Origin: an uncultured Actinomycetes bacterium
GTDB lineage: Bacteria; Actinomycetota; Acidimicrobiia; IMCC26256; DASPTH01
Reading direction: 5' to 3'
DNA length: 64,000 nucleotides
Assembly: GCA_963720765.1 (NCBI GenBank)
Contig: CAVRGS010000013.1
Coordinates: 342,071 to 406,070, forward strand
Made by a program: the position numbers and the translations under genes. Under the pieces are notes generated by a model. That model was given only the letters and a program-made list of their open reading frames with translations. It was not told where the DNA came from and made no database searches. The number at the start of each line of letters is the position of its first letter. The first letter of the stretch is position 1. Of this stretch, positions 1 to 9,133 are shown one piece after another.

Positions 1-408
1 GCCGGCGCGGAACCGGCAACGACGAACAACCGCATGGAACTGATGTCGGTCGCCATGCTGCTCGAGGCGGCGCCGATCGGGTCCCAGGTGCACATCCAGG
101 CCGACAGCACGTATGTGATCGACGCGCTCACGAAGTGGCGGCACGGCTGGAAGCGGCGCGGGTGGAAGACCTCGTCGGGGGATCCGGTCAAGAATCGGGA
201 TCTCATGGAGCGTCTCGACCTGCTCATGGATGCACGCACGCCCACCTTCGAGTGGGTGCGCGGCCACACCGGTCACCCGGCGAACGAAGCGGCCGACGTA
301 CGGGCGCGTGCCGCGGCAGAAGCACTGGCGGCCGGCCGTCCGTGGCTCTCGGGGCCGGGCATGCCGTCAGGTACGGAGTCCCGCGACGACGGCTCCGGTC
401 TCCGCTGA
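1..408 (+). CDS. rnhA: Ribonuclease HI, 5-prime end cut by window edge
   Basis: The frame is open from nt 1. The translation ..TTNNRMELMSVAMLLEA...WVRGHTGHPANEAADVRAR carries the RNase HI TNNRMEL and GH.G..NE.AD motifs. Stop at 406-408. Confidence 0.85.
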   Translation, partial: AGAEPATTNNRMELMSVAMLLEAAPIGSQVHIQADSTYVIDALTKWRHGWKRRGWKTSSGDPVKNRDLMERLDLLMDARTPTFEWVRGHTGHPANEAADVRARAAAEALAAGRPWLSGPGMPSGTESRDDGSGLR

Positions 409-546
409 CGGTTCGACACCGAGCTCGTCCCAGAGGAGCGTACGGATCGTCTCGAATTGCCTGGCTGCCGCCGCGTGACTGCCCTCGCCGAGATCGGCGA
501 GCATGAGGACGAGATGGGCGCTCTCGCGCAGCGGCTCGACGGAGAC
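367..546 (-). pseudogene. Possible remnant of a BTAD (SARP/AfsR-type) transcriptional activator domain
   Basis: The last ~59 aa of ORF 367..690(-) read LRESAHLVLMLADLGEGSHAAAARQFETIRTLLWDELGVEPSAET, like the C-terminal helices of BTAD domains (..LxxELGVEPSxET). The upstream part of the ORF is Arg-rich nonsense and no DNA-binding domain is visible. It overlaps the rnhA 3-prime end. Confidence 0.25.
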
Positions 547-727
547 CGCACGACCCGCGCGTCCGTTCGACGGCATCGAGCCTCGCGCAGCATCACGTAC
601 GACACTTCGACATCGACCGCGCACCCCGAGACGAACACACCGAAGGTTGCCGGTCCGCACCCGGCGTCGACGGCGGTGGAAATCGGTCACGGGCAGAGGC
701 GACGAGCGACAGCGTTAGGGTCCGGGC

Positions 728-1591
728 ATGCCGCACGCACACGTCAACGACCTCGACATCGCCTACGAACTGATCGGGGAGGGCCGGCCCTGGGTGATCA
801 CACCCGGCGGCCGCTTCAGCAAGGACGACGGCGGGATCCGCGAGCTGGCCGAGGCGCTGGCCGCGCACGGCAACCAGGTCCTGATCTGGGACCGGCCCAA
901 CTGCGGTGAGTCCGACGTGTGCTTCACCGGCGAGTCGGAATCGACCATGCAGGCCGACACGCTCGCAGCGCTGATCTCGCACCTCGACCTCGGCCCGACG
1001 GTGATCGCGGGTGGGTCGGGTGGCGCGCGCGTCTCGATGCTCACCGCGGGTCGTCACCCGGCGCTCGCCGCCGGCCTGGCGATGTGGTGGATCAGTGGTG
1101 GCCCCTTCGGCCTGATGAGCCTCGCGGTGCACTACTGCGGTCAGAACCTCGTGGCTGCGTGGACCGAGGGGATGCACGCGGTCGCGGACCTCCCCGAGTG
1201 GGAGGGCAGCATCGAACGCCACCCGGTGAACCGCCAGCGCATCCTGGAACAGGATCGCGGCGAGTTCGTGCGCACGATGGAGCGTTGGATGCTGGTGTAC
1301 TACCCGCGCGACGACCAGCTCGTGCCGGGGGTTGCCGACGAGGACGCCGCCCGCATCACCATGCCGACGCTCGTGTTCCGCAGCGGGGAGAGCGATGCGT
1401 GGCACACCCGCGCGACCAGCGAGGCGGTCGCCCAGGGGTTGCCGAACGCGCGTCTCGTGGAGCCGCCCTGGGGCGACCGCGAGTGGCTCGAACGCTCGGC
1501 CGAGCACCGCACCGGTGAAGCGCCGCTGTTCACGGGGTGGCCGGCGCTGGCGCCGCCGCTGCTGGCGTGGGCCGACGAGACGATCAGCTGA
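728..1591 (+). CDS. Alpha/beta hydrolase fold protein
   Basis: Intact 287-aa ORF with a nucleophile elbow GGSGGA and typical a/b-hydrolase layout (ITPGG...LIWDRPNCGES...PTLVFRSGESD). Confidence 0.8.
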   Translation: MPHAHVNDLDIAYELIGEGRPWVITPGGRFSKDDGGIRELAEALAAHGNQVLIWDRPNCGESDVCFTGESESTMQADTLAALISHLDLGPTVIAGGSGGARVSMLTAGRHPALAAGLAMWWISGGPFGLMSLAVHYCGQNLVAAWTEGMHAVADLPEWEGSIERHPVNRQRILEQDRGEFVRTMERWMLVYYPRDDQLVPGVADEDAARITMPTLVFRSGESDAWHTRATSEAVAQGLPNARLVEPPWGDREWLERSAEHRTGEAPLFTGWPALAPPLLAWADETIS

Positions 1592-3213
1592 CCGGCACGG
1601 TCCCGACGCGCAAGGTCGATGCGTGCTCGCCGCCCGCGAGCACCACGCACGTCGCGGCCGGCGGTCGCTGATACCAAGCAGGGAACTGGCCGGTGAACGG
1701 GTTCCGCGGGAAGATCCACCGGCCGCGCACCTCGAGCCGGAGCTCGTCGCCGGCCCGGAAGCGGGTGGCCTGGGGGAGCAGCGCGAGCTCCACCGGCACC
1801 ACCTCACCCGGCGCGACCGGTTCGGCGCACGAGTGCGTGTGCACCGGTTGCAGGTCCGTGCTCAGCGAATGGTCGAGCTCGCGGTGCGCGACGCGTTGCC
1901 AGCCCTTCGTCACCACGTCGTGGTCGAATCCGTACGACCCGTGGAAGTGCACCTCGCGACCGGCGCGGAACTTGCGCACTGCCGCGGTGAGCACCGTGTC
2001 GTCCGCGCCGTCGAGCGACACGTGGAGCGTGAGCGCCATCGGGTCCGATGATGTCGACGCCGTGGGTCACCACCCACCGCCACGTCACTGCGCCGGTGCT
2101 TGTACGGAACGCCGTCGCCGACGATCGGTCGCTCGGCGTCGTCACACAAGGTGCGGGTGGTGTTGTCGAGATGACGGGTGACGATCTCGAGGTCTGCCGG
2201 GGGCCACTCGTTCGCCGTGATCTCGGCGACCGGTGGACCGGCGCGCTCGTACACCTTCGTCACGACCGGTGAGCGAGTCGCCCAGCCGTTGTCGGTCTCC
2301 TTGAGCACGTGGTCGAAGAACGCGAGTCGCTCCGCGTACGCGGCGTCGGAGTAGTACGTCGACCACTTGCCGCCCCGATGCGTCGTCAGCCACTTGCGCG
2401 TCGAGCCCGACCGGCGGAACGCCTCGAACGAGCCGCGGCTGTGCAGCGAGTGGTCGGAGAAACTGCCGCACACCAGCATCGGCACCTCGATGTCCTCGAG
2501 GTGGGGGTGTGGGCCGCATACCAGTCGTCGAGGTCGCGGCGGCGCACGAACTCCCGGCGGAGGTTGCCGACGACGCGCGCCGCCCGTCGCGTCGCCGCGC
2601 TCCAGATGATCGAGAACCCGTCTTCGCGCCCGCCCCGGGCCGCGCGAAGTCGCGGTACACGTCGGAGAAGCCCTCCCACGGGCAGACCGCTGCGAGGTGC
2701 GGCGGGCGCAGCGCGGCGACGCGGTACTGGCCGATCGCGAGGTACGACACGCCGTCGAGTCCGATGTGCCCCGAGCGACCATGGCTGAGCGGCCGCCCAC
2801 TCGATCACGTCGTGGAAGTCGAGTGCCTCGGGCTCGCTCAGCAGCTCGCCGCGCCCGGGCGAGGTGCCGGCGCCTCGCTGGTCGACGTTGACGACTGCGT
2901 AGCCGTGCGCGACCCAGAACGCGGGGTCGGGTGCCTCCCATCCGGTCAAGGACGAGATGCGGATCGGCTCGGGTTGCGGGAACACGCGGTACTGGAAGTT
3001 CGGTCGCCGACCGGTGCGCGAGTGATGGGGGATCGCGTCCTTGCCGTACGGATGCACCGACACGAGCACGGGCACCGGCGCAGGGGCGGACCCGTCGTCG
3101 AGGGGCCGGAACACGTTGGCGCGCAGCACGGTGCCGTCGCGCACGGTGACCGGCACGTCCCACTCGATCGTCATCGGCGGTGGTTCGACCACGGTGACGC
3201 GCGGGCGCAGCAT
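1584..3213 (-). CDS. CocE/NonD family hydrolase (S15 X-Pro dipeptidyl-peptidase-like), frame broken about 5 times as sequenced
   Basis: Consecutive parts of one protein lie in different minus-strand frames:
- 2386..3279: HPYGKD...GYAVVNVDQRGAGTSPG...IEWAAAQPWS
- 2142..2750: SYLAIGQYRVAA..CPWEGFSDVYRDFARPG
- 2386..3279 again: REDGFSIIWSA..DLDDWYAAH
- 1910..3163: HLEDIEVPMLVCGSFSDHSLHSRGS...
- 1804..2145: AFRTSTGAVTWRWVVTHGVDIIGP
- 1584..2039: ALTLHVSLDGADDT... to the stop
Three breaks sit in runs at 2768-2771, 2633-2636 and 2503-2507. Confidence 0.75.
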
Positions 3214-3305
3214 CGTGCGCACTCGTGTCGCCGCGAGCTGCAGCCGGCCTCGGCTCCCACCGCGCTCGTGCTGCATCACGAGGCGGAACGGTATACGTTC
3301 GCCCG

Positions 3306-3725
3306 ATGGAGAACAGCCTGGGTCAGTACTGCATCAACGTCACCGACCTCGACCGCTCGGTCGAGTTCTGGAGCGAGGTCATCGGCATCCCGGTGCAGAG
3401 TCGCACCGAGATCCCCACCGCCAAGGAGGTCGTGCTGCAGGCGGAGGCCGGCGGCTCACGCATCCAGCTCGCGCAGCAGCTCGAGCAGGACGGGCCGATC
3501 GACATGGGCACCGCGATGTGGAAGCTCTACGTCGACACCGACGACTGCCAGGCGCTCTACGACAAGTGCATCGCCTGGGGGTGCGAGTCGGTGTCCGAAC
3601 CGCAGGACCTCGACCGTTGGCCGGTGACGGTGGCGTTCGTGAAGGACCCCGACGGCTACCTCATCGAGCTCCTGCAGAACAAGGAAGGCATCCGCCCGTC
3701 GATGCGGCCACCGAAGCAGAGCTGA
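3306..3725 (+). CDS. VOC (glyoxalase/bleomycin-resistance/dioxygenase) family protein
   Basis: From the ATG at 3306: MENSLGQYCINVTDLDRSVEFWSEVIGI...VAFVKDPDGYLIELLQ, a typical VOC-fold signature. The part of ORF 3225..3725 upstream of this ATG is Arg/Ala junk. Confidence 0.8.
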   Translation: MENSLGQYCINVTDLDRSVEFWSEVIGIPVQSRTEIPTAKEVVLQAEAGGSRIQLAQQLEQDGPIDMGTAMWKLYVDTDDCQALYDKCIAWGCESVSEPQDLDRWPVTVAFVKDPDGYLIELLQNKEGIRPSMRPPKQS

Positions 3726-3748
3726 CGCGCCGCTGACCGGTCGCGACG

Positions 3749-4879
3749 TCAGTCGACCCGCGCGTCCTCTTGCCACCATGCGAGCAGCGCCTTCACCTTC
3801 CCCGCCGGTGCCCCGCCGGTCACCACGAGACGATTGCGGGTGTCGGAGAAGCGCACGTGCGCGAACTCGTCGGCCGACTCCTGCGCGTCGGTGTCGTCGT
3901 TCGAGAACCAGCACATGTACCGACCGGCCTGACGTCCCTCGTGCCGGTACGGGCCGGTGCCACCGCATCTCGTTCCGCCGACGGTGACGCGCCGGTCGTT
4001 CACGTAGCTCTCGGGAAGCACGCCCATGAACGCGTCGGTGGTGGCTGCGTTCGCGAACTGCATGTACTCCGTGTCGGTGGAGCCACGCTCGGGCCGGCAC
4101 TCTTCGACGTCGGCGGTGATCCACAGGCGCCACTCGAACGCGCCGCCGAGCGCGTCGGGTGTGAGCGAGTCGATCACCTGGCACTGGTGGCGGGATGCCT
4201 CGGGCACGGACTGCAGCAGCTGCTTGCCCGCGGCGCGCAGCGACGCCGCGGTGGCGAGCGGCGGGATTCCCTTGCGGTCGGCGCTGGAGAGCGGACCGGC
4301 GTCGTCGGCCCAGACCTTGCGGAGGCGCGCGAGGTCGAGGTCGGTGTCGTACGCCTGCACGACGATCGCCTGCGGCTCGTAGGTCCAGGTGATGATCGGC
4401 GCGCCCGCGTCGAGGTCGTCGTCGCCCTCGGAGAGGAAGCACGTGTAGAGGCCGACGTCGTCGTTGCCACGTTCGATGCGGTACTGCGTGGGGCAGTCGC
4501 CCTGGTCGTCGGCCATGTCCCTGGTCGGCTCGGGCTTCACCAGTTGTTGGAGGTAGGTGTCGCCGGCGCCGGCGGAGGTGAACTTCGTGTAGGTGAGGGT
4601 GATCGCCTCGCCAGCCGCGTGGCACCGCACCGAGCCGCGTCGTTCGTCGAGCACGTCGTCGTCGACGCCGGGGGCGACGTCGGGCTCGTGGACGGTGCAG
4701 GTGTCGCGCAGCTCGCGTGGCACGAAGCCGAGGAGTTGGTGCGCGCCCTGCGTCCAGTCGTCGTCGACCCCCGGCGCCGGTGCGGAGGCGGAGGCTGCAC
4801 CCGCCGGTGACGCCGCGAGCGTGGGCATCGTCGTTGCGAGCGTGCACACGACTGCGAGGAAGGCGACTCGCACGCGCAT
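3749..4879 (-). CDS. Secreted protein of unknown function, two copies of a ~150-aa 4-Cys module (paralogue of 4888..6006)
   Basis: Signal-peptide-like N-terminus MRVRVAFLAVVCTLATTMPTLAASPAG from the ATG at 4879. The two internal modules end ..LRKVWADDAGPL and ..LLAWWQED. The Cys pattern is conserved with the neighbouring gene. Confidence 0.75.
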   Translation of the reverse strand: MRVRVAFLAVVCTLATTMPTLAASPAGAASASAPAPGVDDDWTQGAHQLLGFVPRELRDTCTVHEPDVAPGVDDDVLDERRGSVRCHAAGEAITLTYTKFTSAGAGDTYLQQLVKPEPTRDMADDQGDCPTQYRIERGNDDVGLYTCFLSEGDDDLDAGAPIITWTYEPQAIVVQAYDTDLDLARLRKVWADDAGPLSSADRKGIPPLATAASLRAAGKQLLQSVPEASRHQCQVIDSLTPDALGGAFEWRLWITADVEECRPERGSTDTEYMQFANAATTDAFMGVLPESYVNDRRVTVGGTRCGGTGPYRHEGRQAGRYMCWFSNDDTDAQESADEFAHVRFSDTRNRLVVTGGAPAGKVKALLAWWQEDARVD

Positions 4880-4887
4880 CGACGTGA

Positions 4888-6006
4888 TCACCTGGCCATC
4901 AGCGGACCGGAGTCGTCCTCCCAGAAGTTGAGCAGTGGCTGCGCGTCGGAGCCGTCGACGGTGGCGTAGGCGAGGATGCGCTGGTCCTCGTCGGTCCACG
5001 CGATGCCCGTGTAGTCGCCGTTGTCACCGGTGCCGAAGAAGCACGCGTACTGCCCGACGTCACGGTCCTTGCGTGACCACGTGCCCTCGCCCTCGCACGT
5101 GAAGTCGCCGTCCGAGAAGCGGGCGTCGGCGTCGTCGATCGCGGACGCGAAGTCACCGAAGATCCCCGCAGTCGCCGAGGCTCCGCTGGCGACCGGCGCG
5201 AGCTTCAGGTACTCGACGGCCACCACGCCGTCCGGATGGCAGCGCAGGCCGGCGGTCGCCACGGCACGCCACGCGTAGAACGTCGCTCCCATGGCCGCGG
5301 GGCTCAGCGCGATGGGCTTGCACGTGGAGCGGAACGACTTCGGCGCGACCACCTTCAGCGCCTTGCCGTTGGCGAGAAACTGCGTCGTCGTGAGCAGCTT
5401 CGGGAGCCCGCTGTCGTCGGCTTCGGGCAGTGGTCCGGCGTCGTCGGAGCTCCACCAGGCGTCGAGTGCAGCCAGGTCGCTGTCGTTGCGGTACGCCGCC
5501 ACGAGGATGTTGTTGGCGTCCTGGGTCCAGACCACCGTGGCAGGGTCGGTGACGCCGGCGATCTCCTTGCCCAGGTAGCAGGTCCACCGTCCGGCGTCCT
5601 GGTCGTCCTGGTCCCACGTGCCGTGGCCCGGGCACGCGTCACCGTCGGGGACGCCCGCGTCGTAGGCGTCGAAAGCCGTGTTCATCGCCTCGCTGCTGTC
5701 GAACTGCGTGTAGAAGACCGACTCCTCGTCGGACTCCGATTGGCACGCCAGTTGCACCAGGGCCTTGTCGGCGACGCTCCCGATGACCGGGTCGTCGGCG
5801 GTGACGCTGCTGATGTTGCACGTCGGGCGGCTCGATTCCGGGACGAACGCCAGCAGGCCCAGTGCCTGGGCCCGTTGGATCTTCTCGGTCGATGCGCCCG
5901 CGGGCGGCGCCCCGATCGCAACCACCCCGACGGACGCGGCCGCCAACGTGGTCGTCAGCGCTGCGAGCATCCGCCGAACGCGTGCGCGTCGGCCCACGAC
6001 TGCCAT
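4888..6006 (-). CDS. Secreted protein of unknown function, two copies of the same 4-Cys module
   Basis: The N-terminus MAVVGRRARVRRMLAALTTTLAAASVGVVAIGAPPAGAS looks like a signal peptide. The modules end ..LDAWWSSDDAGPL and ..LLNFWEDDSGPL. Intact 372-aa ORF. Confidence 0.75.
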   Translation of the reverse strand: MAVVGRRARVRRMLAALTTTLAAASVGVVAIGAPPAGASTEKIQRAQALGLLAFVPESSRPTCNISSVTADDPVIGSVADKALVQLACQSESDEESVFYTQFDSSEAMNTAFDAYDAGVPDGDACPGHGTWDQDDQDAGRWTCYLGKEIAGVTDPATVVWTQDANNILVAAYRNDSDLAALDAWWSSDDAGPLPEADDSGLPKLLTTTQFLANGKALKVVAPKSFRSTCKPIALSPAAMGATFYAWRAVATAGLRCHPDGVVAVEYLKLAPVASGASATAGIFGDFASAIDDADARFSDGDFTCEGEGTWSRKDRDVGQYACFFGTGDNGDYTGIAWTDEDQRILAYATVDGSDAQPLLNFWEDDSGPLMAR

Positions 6007-6112
6007 CCCTGTCCGCCCTCCCGCGCCGCCGTGCGGCCCGCCTCCGAACCCGTACCGTACCGTGCTCGTCCATCGGCCGATCGGCCGATCGGCCGATGTG
6101 GTGCGGAGGCTG

Positions 6113-7034
6113 CTAGTCGCGGTCGGCGGGCTTGGCCGCCATCATGTGCGCCTCGAGCAGGTACTCGGGCGGCGTGCGAGTGATCTGCGACTCGGCGCGG
6201 GCCCGGATCTTCGCCTGTTGGGGCTCGCTGGGGTACGTGATCCAGAACACGTCGTCGCGGATGCCCTCGAAGCACAGATCGGCCACTTCCGACAACGGCG
6301 CGAACACCACCGGCAGACCAGCTGCGTCCATGCGCCGCTGGTACTCGCCGAGCGCGTCGCGACCCTCGGTCGGCGGCGCGCCGGGACGGTCGTAGCGGTC
6401 GGGGCGGTTCGCACCCGGACGCCAGATGCCGGTGTTCAACATGCCCGGTGTGCGGCGTCGACGGATAGAGCAACGATGCGCCGACCGTGGCGCCGGTCTC
6501 GCGCAGCTGACCCCACAGGCACTCGGTGATGGTCGTGACCGCGGCCTTCGTCGTCGCGTACACCGCGCTGTTGATGAGCGGCGTGAACCCACCGTTGCCC
6601 GACGTCGTGTTGACGACGTGACACTCCTCACCGCTCGCGAGCAGCGTGGGTACGAACGCGTTGATGCCGTTGACCACACCCATCACGTTGACGTCGAGCG
6701 ACCAGCGCCAGTCGTTGACGTGGTGCTCCCAGAGCTGACCTTCGGACCCCGAGCCGATCCCCGCGTTGTTGCACACGAGGTGCACCGCGCCGAACGCGTC
6801 GAGCGTCGCGTCGCGCAGCGCCTCCACCGACTCGAGCGACGTGACGTCGGTGACGACACCGACGACGTCGCGACCTTCGTCGCGCAGCTCGGCAGTCGTC
6901 TGCTCGACCAGTGCGGGCACCACGTCGGCCAGCACGACGTGCATGCCCTCGTCGGTGAACTTCTCGACGAGGGCGCGCCCGATGCCCTGGCCCGCGCCGG
7001 TGACGACGGCGACCTTCCCCCCGAACTCCTTCAT
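6113..7034 (-). CDS. Short-chain dehydrogenase/reductase (SDR), frame broken once (~6445)
   Basis: The N-terminal piece (5955..7034 frame) has GKVAVVTGAGQGIGRA, NNAG and YATTKAAV (YxxxK). The C-terminal piece is in frame 6113..6679 (MLNTGIWRPG...YPSEPQQAKIRARAE...). The sense switches around LLYPSTPHTG|MLNTG. Confidence 0.8.
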
Positions 7035-7038
7035 CGTC

Positions 7039-7194
7039 TCACCCCATGTACGCGGTCAGCGGCTGCCCGCAGGTCTCGGGAACGACCTTCCCGTCGACCT
7101 CGCGGCGGATCATCATGGGGCACGTGGGCACCGGCGCGCCCAAGTTGTCCGGCTCCACCTTGCCGTGCGTCGGGCAGTGGTACTCGATCTTCAC
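7039..7194 (-). CDS. Candidate small Cys-containing protein (51 aa, GTG start), not in the ORF track
   Basis: My own translation: VKIEYHCPTHGKVEPDNLGAPVPTCPMMIRREVDGKVVPETCGQPLTAYMG*. Its stop (7039-7041) lies 4 nt upstream of the SDR start codon (7032-7034), suggesting co-transcription. There is little room for an RBS before the GTG. Confidence 0.3.
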   Translation of the reverse strand: MKIEYHCPTHGKVEPDNLGAPVPTCPMMIRREVDGKVVPETCGQPLTAYMG

Positions 7195-7243
7195 GCCCCC
7201 GGTCTACCCGCTGGGCCCGGCCAGCGGAACTAGCGTCCGGCGC

Positions 7244-7534
7244 ATGACTTCGGTGCAATTGCGACGGTACGAGATCAAGCCCGGTGAGATGGCGGCGTTC
7301 CTCGACGCGGTGCGCGGCGCGTTCCCGATCCGCGAGCAGTACGGGTTCACGGTCGAGTTCGCGTTGATCGACGACGACCGCAACGAGTTCGTCTGGGCGG
7401 TGTCGCACGACGGCGACTTCACCGCCGCCGAAGTGGCGTACTACGAGTCGCCCGAGCGCGCGGCGTTGCCGGCGAACCCGGCCGATCACATCGCGGTGAT
7501 GCACCTCGCCATGGTGACCCCCGAGAGGCTCTGA
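7244..7534 (+). CDS. NIPSNAP family protein
   Basis: From the ATG at 7244: MTSVQLRRYEIKPGEMAAFLDAVRGAFPIREQYGFTVEFALIDDDRNEFVWAV.., a typical NIPSNAP/dimeric alpha-beta barrel pattern. The upstream part of ORF 7046..7534 is implausible. Confidence 0.7.
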   Translation: MTSVQLRRYEIKPGEMAAFLDAVRGAFPIREQYGFTVEFALIDDDRNEFVWAVSHDGDFTAAEVAYYESPERAALPANPADHIAVMHLAMVTPERL

Positions 7535-7552
7535 GCCGACCCGCTGCGCTGA

Positions 7553-8293
7553 CTACTGCGCGCCGAGGAACTCGGTGAGCGCGCGGTGCAGCTCGGGGCG
7601 GGCGTTGGCGGTGAAGTGGTCACCGGGCACCCGCACGAGGGTGGCGTCGAGGCGCTCGGCCAGCGGAGCGGGGTCGCCGGCGTTCTCGTCGTCATCGCCG
7701 ACCACGAGCAGCACCGGCACGTCGACACCGTCGAGCGGCGCGGGGCCGATGGCGCCGGGCGCCTTGACGTAGGCGAGCAGCGGTTCGCGGTCGAGACCGG
7801 CCATCACCCGGAACTGACGCAGCGACGCGTCGTCGACGTCGTCGGGGGAGTCGGCCTCGAGCACCGCGACGAGCGCGTCGCGCCGGTCGGCGCCGTCTTC
7901 GCCGCCGGTGCCGCTCTCACCGATGCCCAGCAGCACCACCGCCTTGACCCGCGGTTCCTCCGGCGCCAGACGCAGCGCAAGATGCGCGCCCATCGAGTAG
8001 CCGACGAGCAGCACGTCGTCGAGACCGAGGTGGTCGAACAGCGCGACCACGTCGCGCTTCATCGCGTCGTCGGCGTAGGCCTCGGGCTCGGTCGGCTTCG
8101 ACGACAAGCCGTGACCGCGGGCGTCGAGCGTCACCACGCGGTAGCCCTCGTCGAGCAGGAGGTCGAGGATGCCCGAGCGCACGTAGTTGACGTTGGTGTC
8201 GGCGGCGAAGCCGTGCAGCAACACGACGGCGCGACCGTCGCCGTCGTCGAGGTAGGAGAGGCGCAGACCGTCGAAGCTCTCGAAGTCGGGCAT
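7553..8293 (-). CDS. Alpha/beta hydrolase
   Basis: From the ATG at 8293, preceded by GAGGAGGG: MPDFESFDGLRLSYLDDGDGRAVVLLHGFAAD...LVGYSMGAHLAL (GxSxG)...VGDDDE. The remaining 1.4 kb of ORF 7553..9745 is antisense run-on. Confidence 0.85.
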   Translation of the reverse strand: MPDFESFDGLRLSYLDDGDGRAVVLLHGFAADTNVNYVRSGILDLLLDEGYRVVTLDARGHGLSSKPTEPEAYADDAMKRDVVALFDHLGLDDVLLVGYSMGAHLALRLAPEEPRVKAVVLLGIGESGTGGEDGADRRDALVAVLEADSPDDVDDASLRQFRVMAGLDREPLLAYVKAPGAIGPAPLDGVDVPVLLVVGDDDENAGDPAPLAERLDATLVRVPGDHFTANARPELHRALTEFLGAQ

Positions 8294-8300
8294 GGGTTGC

Positions 8301-9102
8301 TCAACCCTCCTCGGGGACGGCGTGCGTCGCGTTGGGTGATGGGGGCCGCGCCGGCGAGCGCGCCGCCGTCGACCACGAGGGTGTGGCCGGTGATCCACGA
8401 CGCGCCCGGCCCGGCGAGGAACCGCGCCGCGTGCGCGATGTCGTCGGGTTCGCCGAGCCGCCGGAGGGGGAGTCCGGCGGCCACCGCGTCGCCCGCGGGC
8501 TCCCACAGGGCGCGGGCGAAGTCGGTCTTCACCAGCCCGGGAGCGATGGCGTTCACCCGCACGCCGGGGCCGAGCTCGAGGGCCAGGATCCGGGTGAGGT
8601 GGACGATGGCGGCCTTGGTCGTGTTGTAGACGCCGATGGCGGCGTCGCCTCGCAACCCACCGATCGACGACAAGTTGATGATGGTGCCGCCGTGGTCGCG
8701 CATCCACGCCCGCCACGCCAGCTGGCTCCACACGAAGCAGCCCCGCACGTTCACCTGGAAGGTCTTGTCCCAGGCGCCGAGCTCGGCGTCGATCGTGGCG
8801 CCCATGCTCGGGTTGGTGGCGGCGTTGTTGACCAGGATGTCGAGGGCGCCGAGCTGCTCCACGCAGGCCGCAACACATGCTGCGGCCTGGTCGGGGTCGC
8901 CGGCGTTGGCGGCGATGGTGGCGAGCTGCGCGCCCGGCGTGGCCTCGAGGATCGCCGCCGCGGCGTCGTCGAGACCCTCCTGCTTGCGCGACGAGAGCAT
9001 CACCGCCGCACCGGCGTCGGCGAACGAGGCCGCGATGGCCCGCCCGATGCCCTTCGAGGCGCCGGTGACGAGCGCCACCTGACCATCGAGTTCTCGACCC
9101 AC
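8301..9102 (-). CDS. SDR family oxidoreductase; 3-prime end probably affected by one indel
   Basis: Motifs GQVALVTGASKGIGRAIA, NNAA, YNTTKAAIVHL and ITGHTLVVDGG. The literal ORF runs on to 8131, 160 nt into the next gene. The adjacent frame stops at 8301-8303 (..PEEG*), just before the downstream RBS and ATG, so I place the end there. Confidence 0.75.
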
Positions 9103-9133
9103 GAACCGCAGTCTCGCGCGCGACGATGAGAGG

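Noticed and set aside
593-1807. 404-aa minus-strand ORF antisense to the alpha/beta hydrolase gene. Similar long shadow ORFs include 3456..4847(-), 17819..19090(-), 39519..41222(-), 43003..44736(-), 52438..53814(-), 56577..58262(+) and 57178..58884(-).
   Set aside because: The translations are Arg/Ala/Pro/Gly-rich with no recognisable motifs. Each lies opposite a gene with strong family motifs. Open antisense frames are expected at this GC content.
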